From Eledone cirrhosa (Eukaryota): a stretch of 64,000 nucleotides of DNA. The DNA is taken from assembly GCA_964016885.1 (NCBI GenBank), contig OZ024740.1:140430001-140494000 (forward strand), read 5' to 3'. Below the pieces are notes generated by a model that saw only the letters and a list, made by a program, of their open reading frames with translations, was not told where the DNA came from and did not search any database. Positions 38,712 through 52,206 of this stretch are shown here, piece after piece; position 1 is the stretch's first letter, and each line of letters opens with the position of its first letter. The translations under genes were made by a program, and so were the position numbers.

Positions 38712-39640
38712 GATGGCAGCTACTTTGCACTCAAGTTTAGCCATCACTTGAATTTTCAAACACACTTCTGCATGTGTGTAGCATGAATGTAACATTTTAG
38801 GCCAGCAAGAGTCCTACATTCTCTGGCACAGATGTTACACACATGGCCTTTGGCAACAAGAATTGATGGCTGGTTGCCATGTACTTTCATATGCTGCTTC
38901 AGACATCCTGCTGATTGGCAGACTTTACCACATTTGTAGCAGATTGTTATACCATAAGCACCAATGTAATCTGCATCAGCCCTTTTTACATGGCTTCTTT
39001 TGTGACTCTTTAATCCAGCTTTACTGGAATAGGCTCTCCCACACTCATCGTATGTCAGCTCTCCTTGGTCTTCCACACTTCCTGACAATTCTACTTTCAA
39101 GTCCTTCTTCACATCTCTTTTTAACCTTTCATAATTTCTTTGGGCCATTTCAAAGTGTACTTTCCCTTCATACACAGCTTCCCTCCACAGAGTTCAGTCA
39201 TTGGTAGGTTGTTCCCAGAGATATCAGCTTTCATCAGAGGTGTTTTCTCAGTCCTTGAACCTCATCTTAGGTTTATGAGGTGGACGTTTGCCATCTCTCA
39301 ACTCACCTTAAAGAAAGTTGTTTGGATAACTTAGTCCTACATACTCACATGTACCACCCAGATAATTGACTTGATACTCTGATAGCGACTTCTTTCAAGG
39401 ACCTCAACGTCACTCGGATATCCTCCGGTGTAGACCCAGATTCGACGAAGTCACTGCTGATGAAAGCGCTCCAGTTGTTTTAGATGCTTCCAGTAAGTAA
39501 CCCACGCCTCACAAGCGTACAGTAAAGATGACAATACACACGCCAAGTAGACATTACCTTTAGTATCAATAAAGATACCTCGCTGGGACCATAGTGACTT
39601 TTCCAAATTCAAATTTCCGAAGTCATCATTTGCTGATTCT
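38712..39640 (-). mobile_element. BovB-like RTE 3' fragment ending in three C2H2-type fingers
   Basis: VYLACVLSSLLYACEAW...LERFHQQ upstream, then DECGRAYSSKAGLKSHKRSH, CYKCGKVCQSAGCLKQHMKVH, CNICARECRTLAGLKCYIHATH. Confidence 0.8.
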
Positions 39641-40395
39641 TGATATTCCATTGTCAAAGGTACTGTCATGATACCATACACAAACATATCCACTACCCGG
39701 CGTTTCTAATCATACACCCTTATAACTCCAAATATATATATATGTGTGTGTGTGTGTGGAAGTTTCGACGTAATTCCCTGAACTCTTGAAGGTGGTGCTC
39801 CAGCATAGCAGCAATCGAATAACTTCAAATGTCGACGAGATCCCCTTTGGCCTTTCATCCTTCCGAGAACGATAAAAATGAAGTAGGAGTTAAATATTAA
39901 TATCGATATAGTTGACTTTATCCTCCCCTAAATTGCTGGCCTTGTGCCTAAATTAGAAACCTTTAGCATTATTATCGGTCATCCATACACATAATAGCAC
40001 GACACTAACCATGTTTACACATACATACACACACACATATACATACATACACACACACATATACATATATACACACACACACATATATATATATATACTC
40101 ACAAACATATACACACACGCATCCCCACAAATATAGAAACGCTTTGGTGTCCTACAGAAGTGGGGGTGGAAGTACAGTCGAAAGATGTGTTCGGTTGACG
40201 ATGTTATTGTTTTTCAACTGTAACGTGTCCTAATTATACATACCGCACAACCTGGAGGAAACCCTTCGATAACTTCAATTGCAAAACAAGAAATATATAT
40301 AACGTATTTGTATATACAGAGAGAGATCCCTTCTTAATTATTTGCGATTTTTCGATAGTTAACTCAAAATATAAATAAAGGCATTTTTTACTCAC

Positions 40396-40680
40396 CAAAT
40401 TACGATCGACAACACAACAATGTAAATGAATTATGTTTGTGTCATTTTATTTTTATTTCGATAGTTGATTATAAGCAAAATTTCTGGGTAATGCAGCGTA
40501 TAAAAACATAAATAATTAAAGGAAATTGTATCAAAATGAAAAAAGAAATATCTTTTTTTAAAATGAAATTTAATCAAATGATTGAGTTCTCGTTTGTGGA
40601 TTTCTTTGGATATATATATAGATATAGATCAGATAGAGGACAAAAACAAATCTGTGTCGGCGGCCATATTGAAAGAGTAA
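40396..40680 (-). promoter_or_regulatory. Candidate non-coding first exon/promoter, possibly of POLB
   Basis: Donor ttg|gtgagt at 40395-40390. YY1-like caatatggccgc at 40671-40660. Unique non-repeat sequence. Confidence 0.35.
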
Positions 40681-40759
40681 ATTGATATTTGATGAGCTAT
40701 TTTCAGACTATTACAGGCTACAGCAGTGACACACAAATCACTATCAAGATATATATATA

Positions 40760-43050
40760 TATATTCGTTCCTCCTCCCCACCATGCCTAGCCAAAGAATT
40801 TTCCTCCTGCACAACTGTTTAAAACTCTACTTCTTCCCTTCTGCATCCAATTTTCACTCCGCCTGTCATACGTTTTTTTTTTTGCTAGGACACGATACTC
40901 CATGTCAACTTCCTCAGCCGTTGCCTTCGTCACCATATCATCCGTTTCCGCTTCCAGCCCACAACCTACTCATCCCTCGCCATTGAGCCCATCCTCACTC
41001 GTTCCTCCCGCCTTCTCATCCTCGCCACCCTTCGATCTACCCGCTCCCAGATCCACATTATAGACCGACATCTCCCGCAAACCTTTCTCTGTTCCACCCG
41101 TCACCCTTTCCTCGCACATTCCATCTTACTTTTTTATGCATAATCTCAACCACCTACTCTTCCACTGCCTAACCTCCACTAAAGTCCGTAAGCTACATTG
41201 TCTCCTTAATTCCGCCCACGCACTAGCGCACTCTTTCATTTTCACATCTTTCACCTTCATACCTTTCCATCCCCATTCCTCAACCACCTCCCCCACCCAC
41301 ACCGGACGCTTTTCACATTAGCCATCGCCCCCCACCCACAACTTGTTACTCTACCCTCTGACCTTCCGCTGTCTGGTTCCAAGCCTTCACTAATCGGTAG
41401 AGGTCTGCGTTTCATACCACTCACCTTATGGCGACGAATTTCAGACTCACATGGACATTGAGCAGTTCCTGCGCATACCATATTGCATCTGCATTTTCAT
41501 GGCAATCCTGTGGCTCCGAACCTCTCTAGGCACCTTCATGAAGGGGTCCAGAGACCATCACATTGGACACCAGCTCCCGGACAATTCAGTGGCCTGGATA
41601 GGTTCGTTGATGCCTGCCATCGGGTCATGAATTGTTTCAATTTCCATAAACATTACAAATGATGTAAAATTTCCCAGGCAGAACTCGCTGCCCTCCACTC
41701 CTGTGACCGTGATGACATTGTCATTAAGCTGTCCAACAAGGGTGACACTATGGTCGTGTGGCACACGGTCCTATATAAAACAGGCATTACAGCAACTCTG
41801 CAACACACTCTTCTACATCCTCCTTGACACGGATTCCAATCCTCAATACCAGCAACAGGTCACGTCTACTATACACCAATTCATCGTTTCCTCTCTTCTA
41901 CTCCCTTCAGCTACCAACCTTATCATCTGCACTCCATGGACCTCCACTATCAACTTCCTCCTCAAATTACACAAGCCCAACAAACTCGGCCACCCCATCA
42001 TCTCAACCTGTAATTGCGCCACTGAACTTGTTTCAGCTTATCTCGATTCCATTTTCTGCTCCCTGGTAGCCACCCTACCTTCTCACATATCTGACACCAG
42101 CCACACCCTCCGCCTCTTTGACTCCTTCTTCCCACCTGGCTCTCCTCCCTACTCTTCACCCTCAACATAAAGTCCCTATACACGGTCATCCCCCATACTG
42201 AAGTTCTAGCCTTGCAACACTTCTTTAACCTTCTCCCTGCCCCTCTACTTTCCACCTCCACCCCTATTTGCTTAACTGAGTTGGTCCTCACCCTCAACTG
42301 TTACTCCTTCTCGAGTGAGATTTACCAGCAGGCGAGGGGGTGACCATAGGTACAAGAATGGGCCCCAGCTATACCAACTTATTTGTCAGATATGTTAAGG
42401 CATAAATCTTTTCTCAATACTTTAGCCCAACGCCTGTGCTGTATGGTCATTACATTGACGAGTCTCTCACCCGAACCCAGCTCGACTCCTTTTTGTCCTT
42501 TCTCTGCTCCTTCCACCCTGCCCTCAAATTCACTACTTCTATCTCCACTTCTGTCAGATTCCTGGACATCTCTGTAACCATTGACCCCTCCAATTGCACC
42601 CTCATCACCTCTGCCTACTTCAAGCCCCCAGACTCCCATGCCTACCTCAACTTCACCTCCTCCCACACCAAACGCTCCATCCCCTATTCTCTATTCCTCC
42701 GCCTATACCACCCTTGTAGTCAAACCCATGATTTTAAGATTCTGTCTCATTACATGGCCAGACTTTTCACTAGGCATGGATACGCCCTACCCTTATCCAA
42801 GCCGCCCCCACCTAGGCCCGTGGTGTCGATTGCACCACTGCCCTTACTCCATGCCACGGCTCCCCCACCACCAACCAGCAACCTACTGCCATTCCCCCTC
42901 GCCTACCACCCTTCTACTTTGCCCCTCCAGAAGACAATTCACAGTCTTTTCCATTGCCTACAGTCGGATCCAGTTTTCCACTCCCACCCCACCCATAAGT
43001 GCACTCATAATCTTCAGAACTTCCTTGTCCACAACTCCAGTCCTTCAGAT
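40760..43050 (+). mobile_element. Penelope-like element RT remnant
   Basis: LLKLHKPNKLGHPIIS, LPSHISDTSH, IKSLYTVIPH, GTRMGPSYTNLF, YGHYIDES, HPALKFT, FLDISV, KPPDSHAYL, SIPYSLFLRL. Frameshifted. Confidence 0.85.
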
Positions 43051-43394
43051 GAGTTTTAATATAATTATAAAGGACAGTTGAATCCAGTTCAATTTCATCA
43101 GCACTGGTTGAATAAGTTGGCCCTCAAAGCCAATGAAACATATATGGTCTTAATAATTATGTATATATTTATAAACAGTCCTATACAAGCAAGACACGGT
43201 CACCCGACCCAACTTGCTGGTGGAAGATAAACATTAAACGATGATAATATATACATATACACACATATATAAATCTTATGGATTATTAAAGTGCTTGGGT
43301 GATATAAGATTTGAAAATGTGGGAATCCCAAATGCAAAAGATCACTGTAACAACAGTCAGTCACTATAAATAATTTTCCAAGCTATTTGGTGGC

Positions 43395-43572
43395 TTGGCA
43401 GTATCGGTAGAGGGTCGGACGCCATGCTTTCCAGCATAGTTACGTCCCTTTGCGGTCTGAGTTCAAATCCCACCGAGGTTAACTTTGCCTTTCATCCTTA
43501 CGGGGTCGATAAAATAAAGTACCAGTAATGCACTGGGTAATTGATGGCCTTGTGCCAAAAGTAGAAACAATT
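43395..43572 (+). mobile_element. tRNA-derived SINE, second family (relatives at about 37380-37530 and 39780-39960)
   Basis: tggcagtatcggtag A-box, gagttcaaatccc B-box, gggtcgataaaataaagtaccag body. Confidence 0.7.
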
Positions 43573-43599
43573 ATTTATTTGTTATTGTTATAAAATTGG

Positions 43600-44360
43600 T
43601 TATTTTCTACATTTGTGCGATTTCCAAGAGAAGTTCTTCACCAAGAATATAATTAACTTTCATTGGTCTAGAAAAGGCCTTTGACAGAGTACCTCGATCT
43701 ATTATCTGGTGGTCCCTAAGGAAATTAGATGTAAAATAATGGCTTGTGAGAGCAGTGCAAGCCATGTACAGAGGAGCTGTCAAAATGAGAGTAGGGAGTG
43801 AGTTTAGTGAGGAATTCAAGATATAGGTAGGAGTCCATCAGGATTTGGTTTTTAGCCCACTGTTATTCATCATAGTTATTTCTGTTATAAAAGGACATGC
43901 ATAGACTGGAGAAAAATAAAGCAACTATACTTCAATGGATGTACAATGTAAATGTGAAAAAAGGCAGAGCTTGGATGAACTAAAGGGGAAGCTGGGTTTA
44001 AGAGGAATCCAGGGTGCTGTACAAGAGAGAGACTGTGTTGGTACAGACATGTGATGTGCATGGATGATGATCACTGGGTAAAGAGGTGCCAGGAAATCCC
44101 AGTTGAGAGAAGCCACAGTAGAGGTCGAACAAGAAAGACTTGAGCAGAAGTGGTGAGAACTGATCTCAAATAGCTATCGCAGAGACTCACAGAGTAGATG
44201 GCGAAGGGATGTGGTGAGTGGAGAGATGCTGCACAGAAAAGGACAAGTAGTTGCCATGTCTTTGACACGACTGAAGGGTCCACCCAACCCCTTGTTTGGC
44301 AAGCTTTTTATGGTTTGATGCTCTTCCTAGCACCAACCACTTTTCAGCATGTACAGGGTG
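43600..44360 (+). mobile_element. Old RTE RT fragment
   Basis: LEKAFDRVPRSIIWWSLRKL and GVHQ remnants. Confidence 0.75.
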
Positions 44361-45142
44361 TGTTTATCAGGTAGATCACCAACTCTAGAGAGGTTGTTGT
44401 GCTGTGACACAACTGAATAGACCTCTCTACCCTATTTAAGCATGATTTTTACAGCGGTGTGTTCCTCCCTTCGACCAACCACCTCACAGGGGGCACCAGG
44501 CACCAGAAAGGCTTTTGTTCTTGTTCCATCCAATGAGCCATCTCTGTTCTGTGTGGGTGGGAGTGATATAAGGGAGATAAGTATGAAGTTGTTACAAGTG
44601 TGGTGTGATACAACATGGTGATGAGCAGAGAAGGGGAAGGAGTAATTTTTGATAGCATAGGAGAGAGGGGATGAGAACACTGAGGTGGAGGTGTTGGGGG
44701 TAGTGGATGGTTTGGTCAATAGTGCAGGATAGTACTCACCAGTACTGGAAAGAGGAGGTATAAAGATGGAAAGAATAGCTAAGGAGCGATAGTGAAGAGG
44801 GCATGGGTGGGGTGCATAAGAGTGAAGAAATTACCGAGTAAAGTACAATGGTGAGGGAATCTAAGGGCTTTAGAGAGGGCATGGTTGAAGTGGGTATGGG
44901 TAGTTGATAAGGAATGCCAGTGGAAAGAGGAGGGGACATAGGAATAAGTCAGGTCACATTATATGCTGTTGGCTGAATCTTCATCAACACAGCATAGCTC
45001 CAGCACTCATTGTCTTTTGTCATCTCTGTTGAGATATTTATTCTTTTTAAGGTCAATCTTCACAACCTCATCCCAAGTCTCCTGTGTCTGCATCTTCCGT
45101 GGATACCAGCCACTAGGGTTTATATATATATATGTGTGTGTG

Positions 45143-46970
45143 TATCATCATCATCATCATCATCATTGTTTAACGTCCATTTTCCACGCTAGCATGGGTC
45201 TGGACGGGAATTGTCCCACTTGAGGCAAGATTGGTTGTCTTGCTCAGGACTGTCTGGTGGGTTTTCTACAGCTGCAAGTAACACCAACCATGTTTACAGT
45301 GTGGACTGGGAGGTTTTTACCGTGTTACCTACACGGCCACATTACAGTGTGGACTGTGTGTTTTATTGTCGTGACACCTACACGTCTGGCGGATTTTCTA
45401 CGGCTGGGTGCCCTTCCCAACACCAACCACGTTTACAGTGTGTACTGGGAGGTTTTTACCATGTTGCCTACACGGCCACATTACAGCGTGGACTGTGTGT
45501 GTTTTTGTCGTGACACCTACACGACCTCATTTGTTTCGGACTGGATGTTGTGGTACCAACATAACTTAACATTTAAGGGGGTGGTGTGGATGGAGTGGGG
45601 GTAGTGGGACGGGGTGTATTTTGTTAGAGATGCCTACTGACTGTAGGTTTCGCTTTGTACTTAGGCAAGGCGGGTCTTCTGTATAACTGAGTAGCGCCAA
45701 AGATCTCGGTCCAGTGACATTGTCTTGGAGAGGTGTAAGTGTGTGAGGTCGGAATTTATCAAGTCGTCCCAGGTTTTTCTGGGTCTGCCTACTCCGTGGC
45801 TACCGTCTATTTTTATCGCCCTGCACTTTTTTATACAGTTGTCGTCTTTCATGCGCATCACGTGACTACCAACGTAGTCTTCTCTTGAGTAAACAACATC
45901 TGATCCCTCTTATTCCTAATTTCTCCCTTAGTTCGTTTATGCTTTGCCATTCACGTATATTACTATTACACATCCAGCGGAGCATGCAAGCTTCGTTCCT
46001 CTCCAGTCTGCGTATATCCTCTGCACACAATGCCCAGGTCTCACTGCCATGTAACATTGCTGTTCGTATGCAGGCATCATACAGCCTGCCTTTCATTGTA
46101 TCATCATCATCATCATCATCACCGTTTTACGTCCGTTCTTCCACGCTAGCATGGGTTAGACGGGTTGTCCTGTTGTGTGCAGTGTCTGGTCGGCTGACCA
46201 TGCCTTGCTCATACAGGAACTGATCTGGCTTGATTTCTACAGCTGGATGCCCTTCCTAACACCAACCTCATTTACAGTGAGTGCTGGGTGCTTTTTCGTG
46301 GCGCCTACACGTCCACTTTACAGTGTGGGCTGGGTGCTTTTTTGCCGTGGCACCTCCACGACCACCTTGCGGTGGGGGGTGAGGGGGCATATTGTTTATA
46401 TGCTTCAGCATGTACCCATGGGAGGTCGGGTACTCTGTATTACTGCGTGACGCCAGAAGTCACGGTCGTGTGTCATTGTCTTTGAGAGGTATAATTGGGT
46501 AAGGTCAGCTTTTATCACCTCATCCCAGGTCATCTTGGGTCTCCCCACTCCGCGGTTTCCATCAACTTCTAGTGCTCTGCACCTTTTTATGCAGCTGTCA
46601 TCCTTCATACGCATCACATGTCCATACCAGCGCAACCGCCTCTCCTGCACACAGCATTTGATTCCTCTTATGCTCAGTCTCTCTCTCAATTCATTTATGC
46701 TTTGTCATTCACGTCCATCAGAGCATGCAGGCTTCGTTTCTCTCTAATCTACGTAAGTCTTCCACCTTCAGCGCCCAGGTCTCACTACCATACAACATCG
46801 CTGTTCGGATACACGCATCATACAGTCTGCCTTTCATTCTGAGGGAGAAGCCTTTTGCAGCTAGCAGTGGTAGTAGTTCCCTAAACTTCTTCCATCTCAT
46901 TCTTACCCTAGTTATTGTACTTTCTGAACACCCACCTCCGTTGCTAATTCGGTCACCTAGGTAGCAGGTG
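45143..46970 (-). mobile_element. Two abutting 5'-truncated RTE 3' ends (45143-46097 and 46099-46970)
   Basis: The first matches 32910-33740 and the second matches 20435-21305. Each has its own (CAT)n tail. Confidence 0.92.
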
Positions 46971-47001
46971 ATATATTGTATATATATATATATATATATA
47001 T

Positions 47002-47334
47002 CACATGGCTTAGTGGTTAGAGCATTGGCTTTGCTATCGAAAGGTTGTGAGTTCAATTCTCAGACCGGGTGATGTGTTGTTTCCTTGAGCAAGACACTTT
47101 ATTTCACATTGCTCCAGTTTACTCAGCTGTAGAAATGAGATGATAGGGACTGGGGTCCATATCATTCCACTGCAAAGTGGTCGTGGAGGTGCCACGGCAA
47201 AAAAGCACCCAGCACTCACTGTAAATGAGGTTGGTGTTAGGAAGGGCATCCAGCTGTAGAAATCAAGGCAGAATCAGTTCCCGTCCCACCCTTATAAGCA
47301 GGGAAAAGCGGACGTAAAATGATGATGATGATGA
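47002..47334 (+). mobile_element. tRNA-derived SINE
   Basis: tggcttagtgg A-box, gagttcaattc B-box, (GAT)n tail. Confidence 0.9.
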
Positions 47335-47919
47335 TATGAAACAGCTTGGCGCCGTGGTTGGGATTATACATATCTATCTATCTATATATATATATATATA
47401 GTTTGGATCTAGCTGTTGAAACAACTAGAGCTCAGCTGTCGTAATCCCAAATTTTTCATATATATATACATATATAAAGCACTCAGTCCACTCCATAAAG
47501 TGGTTGTGTTGGTGCCATGACAAAAAGCACCCAGTCCACTCTGTAAGGAGGTCATGCTGGTGACAAGATGAAAAAGTACCCAGTCCAACCTGTCAGTAGG
47601 TTGTTTTGGTGCCAAAATAAAAAATTACCCAGTCAATGCTGTAAATATGGTTGGCTTTAGGAAGGGCAACCAGCCATAGAAACTAATCCAGAAACAGTTG
47701 TGTATGAGCAAGACACAGTCACCTTATTTGACATGTCTCACAATGGAACAACTCGTCTAATCCATGCTAATGTGGAAAATGGACATCAAATGATGATGAT
47801 GATGATGATGATGATATATATATATATATATATATATATATGACGAACTAACGAATAACTAGTCGTAAAGATAAAGTGAAAAAGTGGCAACATAACTATC
47901 CCCAAATCATCATCATCAT

Positions 47920-49800
47920 CATCACCACCATCATCATTGTTTTTATGTCCATTTTTCCACACTTGCATGGGTTGGACAGGTCCTTCTCTATCATGAAGCA
48001 TCACACTTTGCATGCAGGCATCATACAGTTGTCCTTTTGTATGTAGGGAGAAACCTTTTGTAGTCAACAGTGGGAAGAGCTTTCTAAACTTTTTCCATCC
48101 TATCCTTATTTTAGCTATTATACTCTCAAGGCACCTTGTCTGCAACTAATTAAGTCACCTAGATAGCAGAATCTATCAACCAGTTCTATGGTTTCTTCCT
48201 GTGATTGAAAAAGATTTATATCATTGATGCCCTTCCCCTCAATTACTCCAGTGCATCTTCTACATACAAAGTCTTTCTTTCCTGTTTACCCATTATCCCA
48301 CTACTAGTTAGACTCCTACATCTCCCGATGCTTTTATGGTTCTGTAGTTTTACCATTCTTCATCTCTTTGATTGCTTCTTTGACCATATAACTCTCAACT
48401 TCAACAGCTAGTCCTACTGTTGGGTAAGTTGAGGGTATTCTATCTTCCTTCCATTTATTCTCTACATTCATCAATCTCTCATAGTAGCATTTCCAGGCTT
48501 CTTTCTTTTGGGCATCAGTGATACTAAGTGTACCCGTGTCATTTCTAACACATTTTCCCCCAACATCTCGATTTACACTAACAGACTGCCTTGTAATGCA
48601 GAACACTTTATGTCTCTGGTCCTTACATCTCAAGACATTGACAAACTTTCTTTTTTCAGCTCTCTCCTGCACACTATCTCGGATTCCCCTTAAGCCCAGC
48701 TTCTCCAAGCTCAGTCTTTCTCTCATATTTACATTGTATATTCAACGAAAAAATGGTTGCTTCATTTCTCTTCAATTTATGCATGTCCTCTGTGGTCACA
48801 ACCCATGTTTCACTACCATGCAGCATTGTGCAACACACACCGGCATCATACAGTACAAAGGGAAAAACCTTTTGTCACCAGTTCTCTAAACTCCTTACAT
48901 CCTATCCTTATTCTAGCTATTATACTCTCGGTGCATCCTCCACTACTAATTAAGTCACCGAGATAGTAGAAGCCATCAACCACGTCTATGAATCCTTCCT
49001 GTGACTGGAAAAGGTTTAGTAGCAGTCTTCCTCTTGATTTCTCCTGCACATCTACAAGCAAAGTTCTCCCTTCGTGTTAGTCTACTCGTTATCCCTGAAC
49101 AACTTTTGTGTACATTGTATAGAGTTTATGCCTACTCCTTTTCTGCATATTGAGCATGGCCACATCCCAGAGGGAATCTGGGTCCTATTTTCTCTCATAC
49201 TCACTAGCCCTTTAGTTTTATATATATATATATATATATACACATATATATAATCATCATTCTTACGCCTGCTTACTTGCATGTGTTGGGCAGGTTGTCT
49301 GGAGCACCCCCACCCCCATTGTGATTCTTTGTCATCTCCACTGTGAGATTCAACATTTTGGATTAGTTCTAACCATCTCTGACCAGGTTTTTCTCAGTCT
49401 TCCCCTCTGCAGTTTCCTTCCAGTGGCAACACCTGGCACTTCTTCACCCAACAATCATAATCCATATGCATCACGTCCATACCAATGGCGTCTTCTCTCT
49501 TGCACTCTACATCTGATCTCTCTTATAAGCAGCATTTCTCTCAGTTCATCAGCAACTTATCGTTCATGTACACTAACATTACATATCCAATGGAACAGGG
49601 TCACTTCATTTTAGTTCAGCCTTTGTATATCGTCTGCGTTTACCTCCTGTGTAACATCACACTTCTCACAAAGGCATCATACAATCTAAACTTTACTCAT
49701 ACAGAAAATCAATCAGTCAACAGAGGTAGTAGCTCCCTAAACTTTTTCCAGCCTGTTCTTATTTCACAGTGATCCCTTTATTGCTAATTTGGTCACAACG
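47920..49800 (-). mobile_element. Cluster of old rearranged RTE fragments
   Basis: IRIGWKKFRKLFPLL, EAWKCYYERLMNVEN, WPCSICRKGVG. Confidence 0.75.
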
Positions 49801-50999
49801 TTAAGAAGCGTGGCCAAGTGGTTGGGGTATTAAATATTGTCATGTTGTGTTCCAGAGCAAAATACTGCAATCCACGATCCTCCAGCCAACCCACCTGAAA
49901 ATGAGTATCAGCTGCAGTTCAGGGAAAGTCTTGTACACCTCGTCGCTTAAAACTAATGAACCCTTGTTAAGATTCGGCTTGATTGGAAAAGACTTTAACT
50001 AATACACACACACACAGATACACATCGGCATATCAAATGGTAGTGGTCGAATTTTGATATAGAAAACCGCTAACTTAAAGAAACCACTTGCAAAAAATAA
50101 GCAGAAGTAAATATATAAAAATTAGCCGAATAAAAAAAAAGTTCTTTAAAGATTATCTGCTTTAGTTTGGCAACAGTCATCAATATTTCGAAAGATGACA
50201 TCGACTATTACTCTCGAAGACGCATTCATTTCAACAAGTTGATCTACAGAAATTCGAAATTTTTGGTATCGACATTATTCTATTATAGTTATACGATGGA
50301 TTTTTATATGGGGGTTTAGATATTTTTGGTAAGCAATAGTAAGGCTTCAAGAGGATAGGATAAAAAATATAGTTAACACTGGCTCCTGCATGAAGAACGC
50401 AGACGATGTTTTGAAAAGAAAAATACCTAGTTTATTGTACCGAAGACGAATCAGAGAAAATATTATTAATTTTACAGGGCAATATAGAATTATTAACACA
50501 AAGAAACAATTTTTAAATAAGAACTAATTATAAACATTCTTTTTTCCACCAGAATATCGTCTCGTGCACGTGGTGTTGTTTACATTTCTTTGATGTAATC
50601 TCGTTTCCCTATGAAAAGAATGTCACACTCTTATATTACATAGATACGGCTTTTTAGGTTCTTTGACGGATAAATAACTTGAAAATATCTCCAGTTTCAG
50701 TTATAACTTCAACAGAACAAGGACAGATGGACTGATATTTGCACAGTCAGCCCGTTTTATCAGCATCTCTTATTTCAATATGGCGTTTTTTTCTCTTCTT
50801 TACATGCAGTGTTCTTCAGCAGCAACAGATGCATTGTGAAGAAAGCGTATTGTCCTATTAGACTTGTTGATATAAAGCAGCTTAAACACATCATTGACTA
50901 TTTTATTGACTTAAACGAATGTAGCATGAACAAAAAAAAAAAGAAACGACAATATAAAATTTAAAATGTTTGATAAACGGATTAATATAGTATGTAATA

Positions 51000-51595
51000 G
51001 ATAGATATATAGATAAGAAGAGCGTGTTAGGAAGAAAGTGTAAGTGAAAGATATACTGAGAAGGAAAGAGAGGCATTGAATTAGAAAGGAATTTAATTGA
51101 AAGAGAGAGAGAGAGAGAGCATCATTACAATATATCCTCGTTTACATACGTTTCATTCCTTTGTTATTAATTCATTCCGGACGTATTTATTTTTTATTTG
51201 TTTATTATATTTTTAAATAAAATGGAAATAATTTTTTTTACACAAAACTGAAAAAACACTAGATATATTAAAAATATTAATAAAAATCGCTTTCACCAAT
51301 TTGAAAATAGAATAGAGAGAGAAAACAAAAGAAAGATGGATTGATAAAGAAAGACAAAGAGATAGAGAGAGAGACATTTATAGAGAAAGAGGTAGATAAT
51401 AGAAGAGAGAAAAACATTAAGATAGAAAGACGATAAGTGAGAGACAGAGTAAAAAGAAAAAGAATAGTTAGAGAGACAGTAAGATAAAGGTGGAGGGAAA
51501 GTAAGAAAGAGACCCACGAAAAGATAAGGATAGGAATAGTAGGAGTACAAGAGAGAGACAGAGTAAATAGAAAGTAAGGGAAGTCAAAGTTCAGT
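51000..51595 (+). repeat. Purine-rich (GA) tract upstream of the tetraspanin ATG
   Basis: Strand-biased A/G composition. Probably 5'UTR or promoter-proximal. Confidence 0.6.
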
Positions 51596-51816
51596 GACAC
51601 ATTTCGTTAACGTTTTTGTTATCTCGTTCTGTTATTGTTACTGCTGCTGTATTATTGCTTGTGTGTGGGCTTTTTTATTTTAACTGAGAGCTTGAGTTCT
51701 TCAGTCTTCTTGTATATGAGGTTGGGAAGAAAATGGTGCGATGATTGTAAGATACATGTTTCTTCCCGGTGGATATACGCGAAACAGGTGTAGATGTTAT
51801 CGGCATATTTTCAACA

Positions 51817-51909
51817 ATGATGCCCAGGAAACCTCGGCCACGGAGGGACAGGTCTGAAGTTAGTTGTTGCATAAAATACTTGGTATTTGGTTTCAACGTC
51901 ATATTTTGG
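51817..51909 (+). CDS. First coding exon of a TspanC8 tetraspanin (TSPAN5/14/17-like)
   Basis: MMPRKPRPRRDRSEVSCCIKYLVFGFNVIFW then a phase-0 donor gtgagt at 51910. Matches the TSPAN5 N-terminal EVSCCIKYFIFGFNVIFW. No later exons were recognised in the window. Confidence 0.92.
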
Positions 51910-52030
51910 GTGAGTAGCATTATTATTATATGTATTGTATCTTTTAGGTAATATTTTTTACTATTACACCCATATATATATAGTTTATGTGTGTGTGTGT
52001 ATATATATATTAATATGTATGTTGTGTGTA

Positions 52031-52138
52031 TAATTTCTGATATAGGCACAAGGCCTTAAGCATTTTTATTGGAGGTCAATCTAATCGACAATGCCCCTTC
52101 ATAAAAACGCTTAAGGCCTTGTGTCTATGTCAGAAATT

Positions 52139-52139
<1 letters not shown>
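52031..52139. repeat. 39-bp inverted repeat hairpin in tetraspanin intron 1
   Basis: 52031-52069 pairs with 52101-52139, with two G.U pairs and one A.C mismatch. Confidence 0.9.

Positions 52140-52206
<67 letters not shown>

Noticed and set aside
38756-39175. Host C2H2 zinc-finger gene
   Set aside because: Lacks TGEKP linkers and is contiguous with RTE RT remnants, so it is treated as a LINE tail.
43070-43105. Minus-strand CTGATGA plus short stem next to the Penelope RT
   Set aside because: No GAAA or cleavage triplet, and it is opposite in orientation to the RT.
47002-47075. tRNA genes at SINE heads (also 55194, 56589, 62241, 63013)
   Set aside because: A/B boxes run straight into SINE bodies and tails with no terminator.
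51769-51951. 60-aa ORF as a complete small protein
   Set aside because: Only 51817-51909 is tetraspanin-like. The ORF reads through a canonical gtgagt donor.
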